DNA of 64,000 bases. Origin: Gammaproteobacteria bacterium (GTDB lineage Bacteria; Pseudomonadota; Gammaproteobacteria; Eutrophobiales; Eutrophobiaceae). Shown in pieces: positions 41,825 through 50,814 of the stretch. The translations under genes were made by a program, and so were the position numbers. Under the pieces are notes generated by a model that was not told the DNA's origin, did no database searches, and worked only from the letters and a program-made list of their open reading frames with translations. Positions within the stretch are counted from its first letter, which is position 1. The number at the start of each line of letters is the position of its first letter. The stretch covers positions 1,984,001 through 2,048,000 of the forward strand of contig CBDEUK010000002.1 of the NCBI GenBank assembly GCA_965243205.1, given 5' to 3'.

Positions 41825-42466
41825 TTGGCGGAAACTTACAGTACAGAAGAACAAGAAATAGAAGCGGTAAAGAAATGGTGGAAAGAGAACGGTCTGCCAA
41901 TTGGTTTAGGCTTAGTGATTGGCTTAGGCGGCCTATTTGGCTGGCGTGGGTATCAAGCACATCAAGAACAACAAGCAATTGCTGCCTCGGATATTTACTC
42001 AGCGCTGTTAGCGCAAACTCGCAATAAAGAACTCGATGAGGCGAAGGGTACAGCGGAAAAAATCATCGCAGAATACCAAGATACTAAGTACGCTGTTTAC
42101 AGTTCGATGATCTTGGCAAAAATCGCAATAGAAGATTCTGATTATGTAACTGCAAAGCAACATCTACAGTTTGCAAAAGAGCATGCTGATGATGATGAAC
42201 TACAATCCCTTGCTGGTTTACGTTTAGCAAGAGTTGCTTTTGCTGAGGGTAATTTTGCTGAGACACAAAAACTATTAGCTTCGGTTAACGGTGATGCTTA
42301 TGCTGCATCTGTGGCGGAACTAAAAGGCGATATTTTTTCTCAGCAAGGTGATTTATCCAAAGCGCGCGAAGAATACGCATTAGCATTATCAAAATCTGAA
42401 GCAGATACAGGAAGCTATCAAATACTTGAAATGAAATTGGATTCTGTTGGTAACAGCATCAACTAA
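41825..42466 (+). CDS. yfgM: YfgM family TPR protein
   Basis: TEEQEIEAVKKWWKENG, TM helix, LRLAR, AELKGD. Confidence 0.9.
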   Translation: MAETYSTEEQEIEAVKKWWKENGLPIGLGLVIGLGGLFGWRGYQAHQEQQAIAASDIYSALLAQTRNKELDEAKGTAEKIIAEYQDTKYAVYSSMILAKIAIEDSDYVTAKQHLQFAKEHADDDELQSLAGLRLARVAFAEGNFAETQKLLASVNGDAYAASVAELKGDIFSQQGDLSKAREEYALALSKSEADTGSYQILEMKLDSVGNSIN

Positions 42467-42480
42467 ACGTTGTTCATCTA

Positions 42481-43842
42481 ATGTTACGGCTAATCCTAAG
42501 TTTGTTAATTTGTCTGAGCCTTATTAGCTGCAGTTCGATTAAAAATTTTACCAATTCATTTGGCGATGAAGATAATGCAACTCCGCCAACACCTTTAACA
42601 AATTTTCCACAAACTTTGGTCATTAATGAATTATGGTCAAAAGACGTGGGTGATGGCAGTGATAAAAAATACCTCAAATTAGCTCCTGAAATTCGTTCAG
42701 CCCAAGTTTTCATCGCAGAAAATGGTGGTGATATTTTTTCACTCGATAGCAGTTCAGGCGCACAAACATGGGATATCGATACAGACCAACCAATCTCGGG
42801 CGGACCAACTGCTATAGAAGGCCGTGTATTTGTTGGTACTCAAGAAGGTGAAGTTATCGCTTTTGATTCAGAGAGTGCTGAGCAATTATGGAAGGCACGG
42901 GTTAGTAGTGAAATTTTATCGAAGCCTGCAGTTGAAGATGGTGTTGTGGTAGTAAGAACCATCGATAGCAAATTGTTTGGTCTAGATGAAGCGACTGGTG
43001 AACGCTTATGGGTATATGATCATAAAGTACCAACACTTACCTTACGTGGCACAGGTAATCCATTAATTGATTCTGGTTTAGTCTTCAATGGTTTTGATGG
43101 TGGTAAGTTAGTCGCCCTTGAATTAATTACGGGAAAAACTATTTGGGAAGCCCGCATTGCCAGGGCCAAGGGTGGTAATGAATTGGATCGTATGGTTGAT
43201 ATCGATGCTGAATTGATTATTGATGCAGGTACTATCTTTGTTTCAACGTTCCAAGGTAATGTTGCTGCTGTTGATGCCAATACAGGACAAATAGTTTGGT
43301 TACGTGAAATATCATCTTATGCAGGACTTGCGGTCTCTGATGATTATGTTTATGTCAGTGATGAAGATAGTAACTTATGGGCATTAGATAGATTCTCTGG
43401 TGATTCTGTTTGGAAACAAGAAAAACTCTTTGCTCGTTCAGTTACAGCGCCAGCCATTCATAATGATTATGTCGTAGTCGGTGATTTCGAAGGTTATCTG
43501 CATTGGTTTAATGGTGAAACTGGTGACATGGTTGCAAGAACACAAGTCAATGACTCACGTATTATTGCGACACCAATCGTCGAAGATGAAAAACTTTATT
43601 CTTATGCTATTGATGGCACCATGAGTGTTTATGGTATAGAGGGCACTAGAGAACTTACTTTAAGTGAAATAGAAAAGTTTGAAGAGGAGAAACGTAGGCA
43701 ATTAGCGAAACAAAAAGATATCTCCGAAAATTATGAAGACGATTCAGATTCTGACGGCTTTTCATTTAATCAATTATTCGATATTTTTAAATCGGATGAT
43801 GATGAAGAGCAAGATGAAGAAGAAAAAGATATTGATGAATAG
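42481..43842 (+). CDS. bamB: Outer membrane assembly lipoprotein BamB with acidic C-terminal extension
   Basis: Lipobox LISC, PQQ-like repeats, LTLRG, ELDRMVDID, VGDFEGYLHW. Confidence 0.93.
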   Translation: MLRLILSLLICLSLISCSSIKNFTNSFGDEDNATPPTPLTNFPQTLVINELWSKDVGDGSDKKYLKLAPEIRSAQVFIAENGGDIFSLDSSSGAQTWDIDTDQPISGGPTAIEGRVFVGTQEGEVIAFDSESAEQLWKARVSSEILSKPAVEDGVVVVRTIDSKLFGLDEATGERLWVYDHKVPTLTLRGTGNPLIDSGLVFNGFDGGKLVALELITGKTIWEARIARAKGGNELDRMVDIDAELIIDAGTIFVSTFQGNVAAVDANTGQIVWLREISSYAGLAVSDDYVYVSDEDSNLWALDRFSGDSVWKQEKLFARSVTAPAIHNDYVVVGDFEGYLHWFNGETGDMVARTQVNDSRIIATPIVEDEKLYSYAIDGTMSVYGIEGTRELTLSEIEKFEEEKRRQLAKQKDISENYEDDSDSDGFSFNQLFDIFKSDDDEEQDEEEKDIDE

Positions 43843-43882
43843 TTTTTTCTTTAATCATATTTAATTCAATTTTCAAAACCTA

Positions 43883-45283
43883 ATGAAACCCGTTATTGCC
43901 ATCGTTGGAAGACCTAACGTTGGTAAATCCACTTTATTTAATCGCTTAACTGATACTCGAGATGCACTTGTCGTTGATCGACCAGGTGTTACTCGCGATC
44001 GTCAATTTGGTATGGCGGAGTATGAAGGTTTTGAATTTATCTTAATTGATACTGCTGGTTTAGGTGAAATCAATCCAGATAACGAAGCCATGTTAGAGCA
44101 TGTCGAAAAGCAAACTTTTCAAGCAATTGAAGATGCGACTGCAATCATGTTTGTGGTTGATGGCCGTACTGGCATTAATCATGTTGATGAAACCATTGCT
44201 GAACAACTGCGGCCTTATAATAAAAAATGTTTTCTAGCGGTAAATAAAACTGAAGGGTTAGAAAAAAGTACTGTTGTTGCTGACTTCTACCAGTTAGGTA
44301 TGAACGAACCTTATGCTATATCTGCGCAAAGAGGTTCAGGTTTAAAACAACTTATTTCAGATATGTTATCGGATCATCCTTACGATGCTACAGAACATGA
44401 AGAAGAAATAGGTGATGCATTAAGAGTTTGCGTGCTTGGTCGACCTAATGTTGGTAAGTCGACATTAATTAATCGTTTCTTAGGTGAAGAACGATTAGTG
44501 ACGTTTGATCATCCAGGTACTACACGTGATAGTGTTTCAGTCGACTTTGAAAAAGACGGCAAGAAATATGTCTTAATTGATACTGCTGGTGTTAGACGAC
44601 GTTCGAAAGTTAAAGATGAAGTTGAAAAGTTTAGTGTGGTTAAATCCATGCAAACGATCAGCATGTCGAATATTGTGATCATCGTAATGGATGCACATGA
44701 AGCAATCACCGATCAAGATGTGACTTTATTAGGTGCTTGTTATGATCAAGGTAAGGCCTTAATCGTTGCGGTGAATAAATGGGATGGTATTGATCCTACA
44801 CAACGAGAAAATATAAAAGAACAATTAGAACGTAAACTTAACTTTTTACAATCACCTATTATCCATTATATTTCTGCACTACACGGAACCGCAGTCGGCG
44901 ATTTATTCAAATCGATAAACCGAGTTGGTGAATTATTAAAAACCGAATACACCACATCTGAGATTACAGAGATTTTAGAACGCGCTATTGAAAGCCATCA
45001 ACCGCCATTAGTTCGTGGCCGAAGAATCAAACTACGTTACGCACATGTTGGTGGTAAAAATCCATTTCGTATTATCATTCATGGAAATCAAACTGCTTCT
45101 GTACCAAAAGACTATACTCGTTATCTTGCGAACTTCTTTCAAAAATTTTTACGACTCGAAGCTATACCTGTAATGATTGAATACAAGTATGGTGATAATC
45201 CTTATGCCGATAAAAAGAATAAATTGACCAAACGTCAAGTAGAGAAGAAGAGGCGCTTAATGAGGCATGTGAAAAAGAAGTAA
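43883..45283 (+). CDS. der: Ribosome biogenesis GTPase Der
   Basis: Two GRPNVGKST P-loops, RRIKLRYAH. Confidence 0.98.
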   Translation: MKPVIAIVGRPNVGKSTLFNRLTDTRDALVVDRPGVTRDRQFGMAEYEGFEFILIDTAGLGEINPDNEAMLEHVEKQTFQAIEDATAIMFVVDGRTGINHVDETIAEQLRPYNKKCFLAVNKTEGLEKSTVVADFYQLGMNEPYAISAQRGSGLKQLISDMLSDHPYDATEHEEEIGDALRVCVLGRPNVGKSTLINRFLGEERLVTFDHPGTTRDSVSVDFEKDGKKYVLIDTAGVRRRSKVKDEVEKFSVVKSMQTISMSNIVIIVMDAHEAITDQDVTLLGACYDQGKALIVAVNKWDGIDPTQRENIKEQLERKLNFLQSPIIHYISALHGTAVGDLFKSINRVGELLKTEYTTSEITEILERAIESHQPPLVRGRRIKLRYAHVGGKNPFRIIIHGNQTASVPKDYTRYLANFFQKFLRLEAIPVMIEYKYGDNPYADKKNKLTKRQVEKKRRLMRHVKKK

Positions 45284-45292
45284 GAAGAAAAA

Positions 45293-45490
45293 GTGTTTTT
45301 CTTTTTTATTGTTCATTTTCTTTGCTTGTCCAAAGAAAACGAACCAAAAGAAAAGACACCCGGTCGCCTTGTAACCCTTCATTCGTAATCAGTCATCACG
45401 CGTCGCTCAGACGAAACATCCATGTTTCGCCTCGCTAAAATTTATATCCTATAAATTTCCCGCTATGCCTGCTTCCTCACTCGGCAAGGC
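45293..45490. repeat. Structured intergenic palindromic element (REP/MITE-like or ncRNA)
   Basis: Nested hairpin TTTTCTTTG-CTTGTC-CAAAGAAAA; domain closed by GCCTTG/CAAGGC with two internal hairpins. Confidence 0.55.
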
Positions 45491-45933
45491 TCAACGAGAT
45501 TTTCTTAGTTAAAAATTTCGTCATTTGTCATCAATACGTATCGGTTATATACGAGGCTCAATCGCTGATAAGTTATACCCTCCTGCAAAAGTTCCCTCAG
45601 TTATTCCTCAATCCTCAGCACATCAAATATGAAAAAAATACTCCGAATTTAGCTAATTCTAAAACCTATCAGGATTTTATATTTAAGTTTTAAGTCCATT
45701 ATTTATAAATCATACTGAAAAACTAATTTATTAATTTATAGTCTTATAATTAAAATATAAAGGCCTAAGAGGCTAATAAATATATTATTAAGTAAATATG
45801 GAATTTATTTTGTAATAAAAAACTAATTGATTTTTATAGATATATTTTATTAAATTATCTAAAATAGCCTTTAGTTAAGAAGATTTTATTTGTGGTCGAT
45901 ACACAATATAGATTTTTATATGAGGTATTATCT

Positions 45934-46146
45934 ATGACCAATATTAAACATAAACCTTCAGAAACAAAAAGGAATGATCATATGTCCAGTTATGACAAAA
46001 TAACTGAGGAATTACAAAAGCAAGATATCTCACCACTGTATAAAAATTCTGAAAGTAGCTCTGTAGAGCTAGAAAGCAGATTCGTGTTTATTTCAGATGA
46101 AGATAAAGGGACTTCAATATATGACTGCCTCGCAGGATCAAGATAG
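45934..46146 (+). CDS. Small hydrophilic hypothetical protein (70 aa)
   Basis: GAGGT RBS before ATG 45934; overlaps the protease gene start. Confidence 0.65.
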   Translation: MTNIKHKPSETKRNDHMSSYDKITEELQKQDISPLYKNSESSSVELESRFVFISDEDKGTSIYDCLAGSR

Positions 46147-46963
46147 ATTAAATCAGTTTCCTAGAACAAAAGAATCTCCAATTCAATCCCCTAAATACTG
46201 GGTTAAAGAAAAAGATCGATATCTAAGACAGTTACTTATAAGTGATATTCAAGAGTTAACTGGACGAGAACTTGCGGTCTATTTTTCAGTTAATAATGAT
46301 CAAAGTGGATCATTAGATTTTAATGATGCTGATGATTTATCTGAAGTATTAGATGGCTGTGATACTAAAGATATAGATTTGTTAATTCAAACTCCAGGAG
46401 GAAATCCAGATGCCTGTGAGAAGCTTATTAGTATTCTAAAACAACATTTAGACAGTTATCGTGTATTAATCCCTAGTTGGGCAAAAAGTGCTGGAACAAT
46501 AGTTGCCATATCTTCAGAAAAAATATTAATGGGCATTAATTCTGAGTTAGGTCCCATTGACCCACACTTTAATGGAATTCCTGCCGAATTTATTAAAGAT
46601 GATCCTCAACAAAATTACCCTACAAAAAAACTTGCACAACATGCCATAGAAAGAACAAAACAATTAGCAAAAAAAGTATTAACAGACGGAATGCTTAAAG
46701 ATTCAGATGAAAGATCTATTGATGATTTAGTTTCTAAATTATCTTCTACAACTAATTATTATTCTCATGGCGCAGTTATAAATGCTATAGAAGCAAGCGA
46801 ATTAGGTTTAAATGTCGAATATATAGATCCAATTGATGATTTGTGGAAGAAGATATGGCTATTATACTGCATGTATGACTATGATTTTAAAATTAAAGGA
46901 TATGCAAAAATTTTTGAAGGTAAAAAAAATAGTATTACTAGATTGTTACCAAGAAAAACTTAA
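46121..46963 (+). CDS. SDH family (Ser-Asp-His) Clp-fold serine protease
   Basis: DLLIQTPGG, AKSAGT, MGINSELGPIDP, SHG..I...EA..LGL. Confidence 0.88.
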   Translation: MTASQDQDRLNQFPRTKESPIQSPKYWVKEKDRYLRQLLISDIQELTGRELAVYFSVNNDQSGSLDFNDADDLSEVLDGCDTKDIDLLIQTPGGNPDACEKLISILKQHLDSYRVLIPSWAKSAGTIVAISSEKILMGINSELGPIDPHFNGIPAEFIKDDPQQNYPTKKLAQHAIERTKQLAKKVLTDGMLKDSDERSIDDLVSKLSSTTNYYSHGAVINAIEASELGLNVEYIDPIDDLWKKIWLLYCMYDYDFKIKGYAKIFEGKKNSITRLLPRKT

Positions 46964-47364
46964 TTTTTAATTAGAGTCTGATCATCTTGATTAATCATAT
47001 GATCCGCTGTATTAAAAAAACTTCCCATTAAATGGATTTTAAACACAGGATCCAATTCCATATCATCTAATGCTTTTTTCATGCAGAGTAACCATTGGTC
47101 GCGTTCGTTTGGGCCAATAGGAAATGGTAAATGTCGTGCGCGTAAGCGTGGATGTCCAAAGGCTTGGATATATAGATCAGGGCCGCCCATCCAGCCACTG
47201 AGGAACATATAGGTTTTTTTTCTCGAATTACTTAAGTCTTTTGGATGTAGGTCAAGGATTGGTTTGCATTCAGGTAATGTTTCCATATTGTCATAGAAAC
47301 GTTTTACTAATTCTTTTAAACCTGCTTCACCACCTATTAGCTGATATGGAGTTTGTCCACTCAT
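46960..47364 (-). CDS. Group II truncated hemoglobin
   Basis: YQLIGG, FY, GGPDLY...GHPRLRARHLPF, RDQWL. Confidence 0.93.
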   Translation of the reverse strand: MSGQTPYQLIGGEAGLKELVKRFYDNMETLPECKPILDLHPKDLSNSRKKTYMFLSGWMGGPDLYIQAFGHPRLRARHLPFPIGPNERDQWLLCMKKALDDMELDPVFKIHLMGSFFNTADHMINQDDQTLIKN

Positions 47365-47491
47365 TTTAAATCTACCTGCGTTGCCATTACTTCGTTAACC
47401 ATAAAATTTCATTCGGTCATTTATTATCAATAAACTCCCTCTTGAAATCTTATGTATGCCTCGTACTAGCTGCCTCGCTAACGATTTAAAA
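47364..47491. repeat. ERIC-like miniature inverted-repeat element (about 128 bp)
   Basis: Ends TTTTAAATC/GATTTAAAA; internal TGCGTTG...GTCATTTATTATCAATAAACTCC...GCTGCCT parallels the ERIC core as recalled. Confidence 0.55.
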
Positions 47492-47511
47492 ATATAATTT
47501 ATCATAAGGCA

Positions 47512-47994
47512 TTAACATTCTAAGATAGATACAGGTGTATCAACTTCAACCAGATCAAATAATTCAATGATATCGTTGTTTCTCATACGTACACAGCCAC
47601 GAGAGCCTGGTTTGCCCATTTCAACATCGTCTGGAGATCCATGTAAATAGATATAACGATCATGGCTATCGACACTACCACCCTTGTTATTTCCTTCTTC
47701 CGTACCGCTTAACCACATTATGCGAGTTAGGATCCAGTCTCGGTCTGGATAGATAGTACGTAATTGTGGTTGGTAAATTTCACCCGTTGGTTTTCTTGCA
47801 ATAAAAACTGTATTAATAGGTTCATTCGCACCAATTTTTTCAGAAATAATATGTTGGCCTCTTGGGGTACATTCGCTGTCTTGAATTTCGCCCACACCAT
47901 TTTTTGCTGTTGAGATTACATATTCTTTAACTAATGCATCATCTTCATATAAAGATAAAGTTTGTTTTTCTACATTGACAATGATTTGCTTCAT
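47512..47994 (-). CDS. L,D-transpeptidase (YkuD family)
   Basis: ISTAKNG, TPRG, YIYLHG, SRGCVRM. Confidence 0.92.
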   Translation of the reverse strand: MKQIIVNVEKQTLSLYEDDALVKEYVISTAKNGVGEIQDSECTPRGQHIISEKIGANEPINTVFIARKPTGEIYQPQLRTIYPDRDWILTRIMWLSGTEEGNNKGGSVDSHDRYIYLHGSPDDVEMGKPGSRGCVRMRNNDIIELFDLVEVDTPVSILEC

Positions 47995-47995
47995 T

Positions 47996-49321
47996 TTATT
48001 GTTTAAATACAGCGATTGATTCAACATGGGCTGTGTGAGGGAACATATCCATCACACCTGCGTGCGTGAGTTTAAAACCTTTTTCATCTACTAAAATTTC
48101 AGTATCTCTTGCTAAGGTTGCAGGATTACAAGATACATACACAATGGTTTCAACGTTTTTTAAATTCAGTTTCTTTAAGACAATATCTGCCCCAGAGCGG
48201 GCAGGATCTAATAATATTTTATTATAGTTATTATTGAATAGGCGATCATTCAAATCTTCTTTGGCTAAATCCATAGCATGAAATTCAGTATTGGTAATTT
48301 GATTACGTTCTGAATTCAACTTTGCTCTTTCGACTAGCTCGTCTAATCCTTCGACACCAATGACGGAGTTACAATATTTGGCAATCGGTAAAGTAAAATT
48401 ACCAATACCACAAAATAAATCCAATACATTATCTTCTGATTTCAATTCCAAAAAGTTCAAAGCCAGATCAATCATTTGACGATTGATATCTATATTGATT
48501 TGTGTGAAATCAGTTGGTCGAAAATAAATAGTTATGTCGTGATTGGGCAAGGCATATTCTAAATCAGATTCATTTTCTGGATTTAAAATATGAATGGAAT
48601 CTAATCCTGAAGGTTGTAAATAGAATACAATATTATGTTGTTGTTCAAACTCGCTGAGTAAATCTAAATCATCATCGGTTAATGGTTTTAGATGGCGTAA
48701 GATAATAACTGTTTTGTTATCACCGATAGCAACTTCTAATTGCGGTATTTGATCTTTAATTGAAATATTCGTAATGAGTGCTTTAAGCTCATCTAGTTTT
48801 TTGCCAATGGAAGGATGTAAAACTTCGCATTGTTCTATTTGCGCAATAAAGTTCGAACGTACTTCACGGAAACCAATTAATACGGATTCTTTTTTAATAA
48901 CGTACTTTACGCCAAGTCTGGCTTTACGGCGGTATTCCCAATGCGGGCCAGTTAAAGGGGGTAATATGGTTTGTGGTTGTGATTTACCTATATGCTCTAG
49001 TTGTTCCAATAAAACATTTTGTTTCATTAGAATTTGTGCCTCTGGATACATATGTTGCAAACTACAGCCACCACAAATTCCAAACGCCGTGCATTTTGCA
49101 TCAACTCGATCATCTGATTTTGATATGACTTCAGTGACATAACCTTCATCAAATTTAGAACGTGAATAGCTATATTTAAACCAAACATCTTCATTGGCTA
49201 AAGCGCCACGAATGAAAGTAGTTTTGTCATTGACTTTGGCTATGCCACGACCTTCATGGGAAAGCGCGTGAATATGTGCTTGAACTGCTTCTTCAGGCAG
49301 TTTTTTTCGTTTACGAGACAT
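47996..49321 (-). CDS. rlmD: 23S rRNA U1939 methyltransferase
   Basis: TRAM domain, CGGCSLQH, DLFCGIGNF, YVSCNPATLARD, DMFPHT. Confidence 0.96.
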   Translation of the reverse strand: MSRKRKKLPEEAVQAHIHALSHEGRGIAKVNDKTTFIRGALANEDVWFKYSYSRSKFDEGYVTEVISKSDDRVDAKCTAFGICGGCSLQHMYPEAQILMKQNVLLEQLEHIGKSQPQTILPPLTGPHWEYRRKARLGVKYVIKKESVLIGFREVRSNFIAQIEQCEVLHPSIGKKLDELKALITNISIKDQIPQLEVAIGDNKTVIILRHLKPLTDDDLDLLSEFEQQHNIVFYLQPSGLDSIHILNPENESDLEYALPNHDITIYFRPTDFTQINIDINRQMIDLALNFLELKSEDNVLDLFCGIGNFTLPIAKYCNSVIGVEGLDELVERAKLNSERNQITNTEFHAMDLAKEDLNDRLFNNNYNKILLDPARSGADIVLKKLNLKNVETIVYVSCNPATLARDTEILVDEKGFKLTHAGVMDMFPHTAHVESIAVFKQ

Positions 49322-49333
49322 TAATATAATTCG

Positions 49334-50110
49334 TTAAGATTGCCAGACTTCTAGAAATTCTGTGAAGTGAGCTTTGTTTTCATCTTCGAGATATTCTTTG
49401 AGACGATCACATTCCATTTCATAAGTGGTAGGTGTTTTATTACCGCGCATTAATTCATAACGTAAATAAACTAAATAGGTATTCAATACATCGGTTTCGC
49501 AATAATCGCGAATCGCTTCGATATTATTGTCTTGATAGCATTCCCAAACTTTAGAACCATCCATCCCCATTTTACCCGGGAAACCCAACATGGTAGCAAT
49601 TTCAGTGAGCGGTGCATTGGCACGTGGTTGATAACCTGCTAACACATCCATCAAGTCAGTGTGACGTTCATGATAACGGCTTAAATAATTATTCCATTTA
49701 AAACTTTGATCATCGCCTCCGTTTTCCCAGTACTGTTGTGCATTGATGCTATGTAATAAAGCCCGATAATGCAGTACGGGTAGATCAAAACCACCACCAT
49801 TCCAAGAGATTAATACAGGACTGTATTTTTCGATGCCATCAAAAAATCGTTGAATGATTTCTGCTTCATCTGAATCCGTATCACCAAGCGACCAAACACT
49901 GAGTTTATCATGACTAGAAAGCACAACCGATATAGCGACAATTTTATGTAAGTGCAAACGTAGAAAGTCTGATTTGCCATCAGTTTCTTGTCGTCTTTGG
50001 GTAAACATAACGTGCGCGATTTGATCATCGTTTAAATCGCCCAAATTATAAATTTTACGCCCAGATTCGATATCTGGAATGGTTTCAATATCAAAAACTA
50101 ATTTATTCAT
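49334..50110 (-). CDS. PolB-like 3'-5' exonuclease
   Basis: FDIETIPD, WNGGGFDLPVL, YCETDV. Confidence 0.9.
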   Translation of the reverse strand: MNKLVFDIETIPDIESGRKIYNLGDLNDDQIAHVMFTQRRQETDGKSDFLRLHLHKIVAISVVLSSHDKLSVWSLGDTDSDEAEIIQRFFDGIEKYSPVLISWNGGGFDLPVLHYRALLHSINAQQYWENGGDDQSFKWNNYLSRYHERHTDLMDVLAGYQPRANAPLTEIATMLGFPGKMGMDGSKVWECYQDNNIEAIRDYCETDVLNTYLVYLRYELMRGNKTPTTYEMECDRLKEYLEDENKAHFTEFLEVWQS

Positions 50111-50128
50111 GTAATTATTTTTATAATG

Positions 50129-50737
50129 TTATTTTTGTTTCCAGCTACCGCCACTTTTATACCACCAACCGCCAGGCGCATTGGCAATCCATCGTCGTGC
50201 AAATGTACTTTTTATTTCAGCTTCCCATTCAGGATGCCCATTGGCGCGCGCAATTTCTGCATACAGGTTTTTGCGATCGCGATTATCATCATTCACCAGC
50301 TTTTTAGCGATATTACGTTTATCTAAAGAAACAGCTTTAATATCCTTTATGGTAATGAAACCATTGTCTTCCATACCCACAGCGCCACTGGTATAGAAAG
50401 GTGTTAATTTTTTGTGTCTAGATTTCATTTGCGATTTAATTTTATTAATCGCGGGTGATGAAATATTAATATCTGCTTGTTGAGCGTGAGCTGCTGGTAT
50501 AAAAAAGTTCATCACAACAAATGCAGCAGAATCTAATATGTTTAGGGCGCTAGTTTCAGGTTCTGTCTCAGCAGCTTTTTCTGAATCATTGGAGCTTTTA
50601 TCCTTGCCGTAAATTTCATTAATAATTTTATCCGCGGCATCTTCTGCAGCTGCGGCTGGGAAATACACATTAATTGTGACGCATGCTGCCAATGTTAAAA
50701 AGAAAAAAAGATTAGGTATTTGTCGTATTGTTTTCAT
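50129..50737 (-). CDS. YdbL (DUF1318) family lipoprotein
   Basis: LAACVTINVYFP, N.DR..LY.EIARAN, GWW. Confidence 0.85.
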   Translation of the reverse strand: MKTIRQIPNLFFFLTLAACVTINVYFPAAAAEDAADKIINEIYGKDKSSNDSEKAAETEPETSALNILDSAAFVVMNFFIPAAHAQQADINISSPAINKIKSQMKSRHKKLTPFYTSGAVGMEDNGFITIKDIKAVSLDKRNIAKKLVNDDNRDRKNLYAEIARANGHPEWEAEIKSTFARRWIANAPGGWWYKSGGSWKQK

Positions 50738-50814
50738 GCTAAAGCCCCTAAATTTTTCCATAGTGTATCTTGATTTGTTTTGACCTGCGATAGTTTATAA
50801 AATTCGATATGTAT

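Noticed and set aside
45506-45650. Possible pseudogene fragment on the minus strand (FDVLRIEE*LRELLQ)
   Set aside because: Too short and interrupted to assign a family; treated with the GGA-rich element instead.
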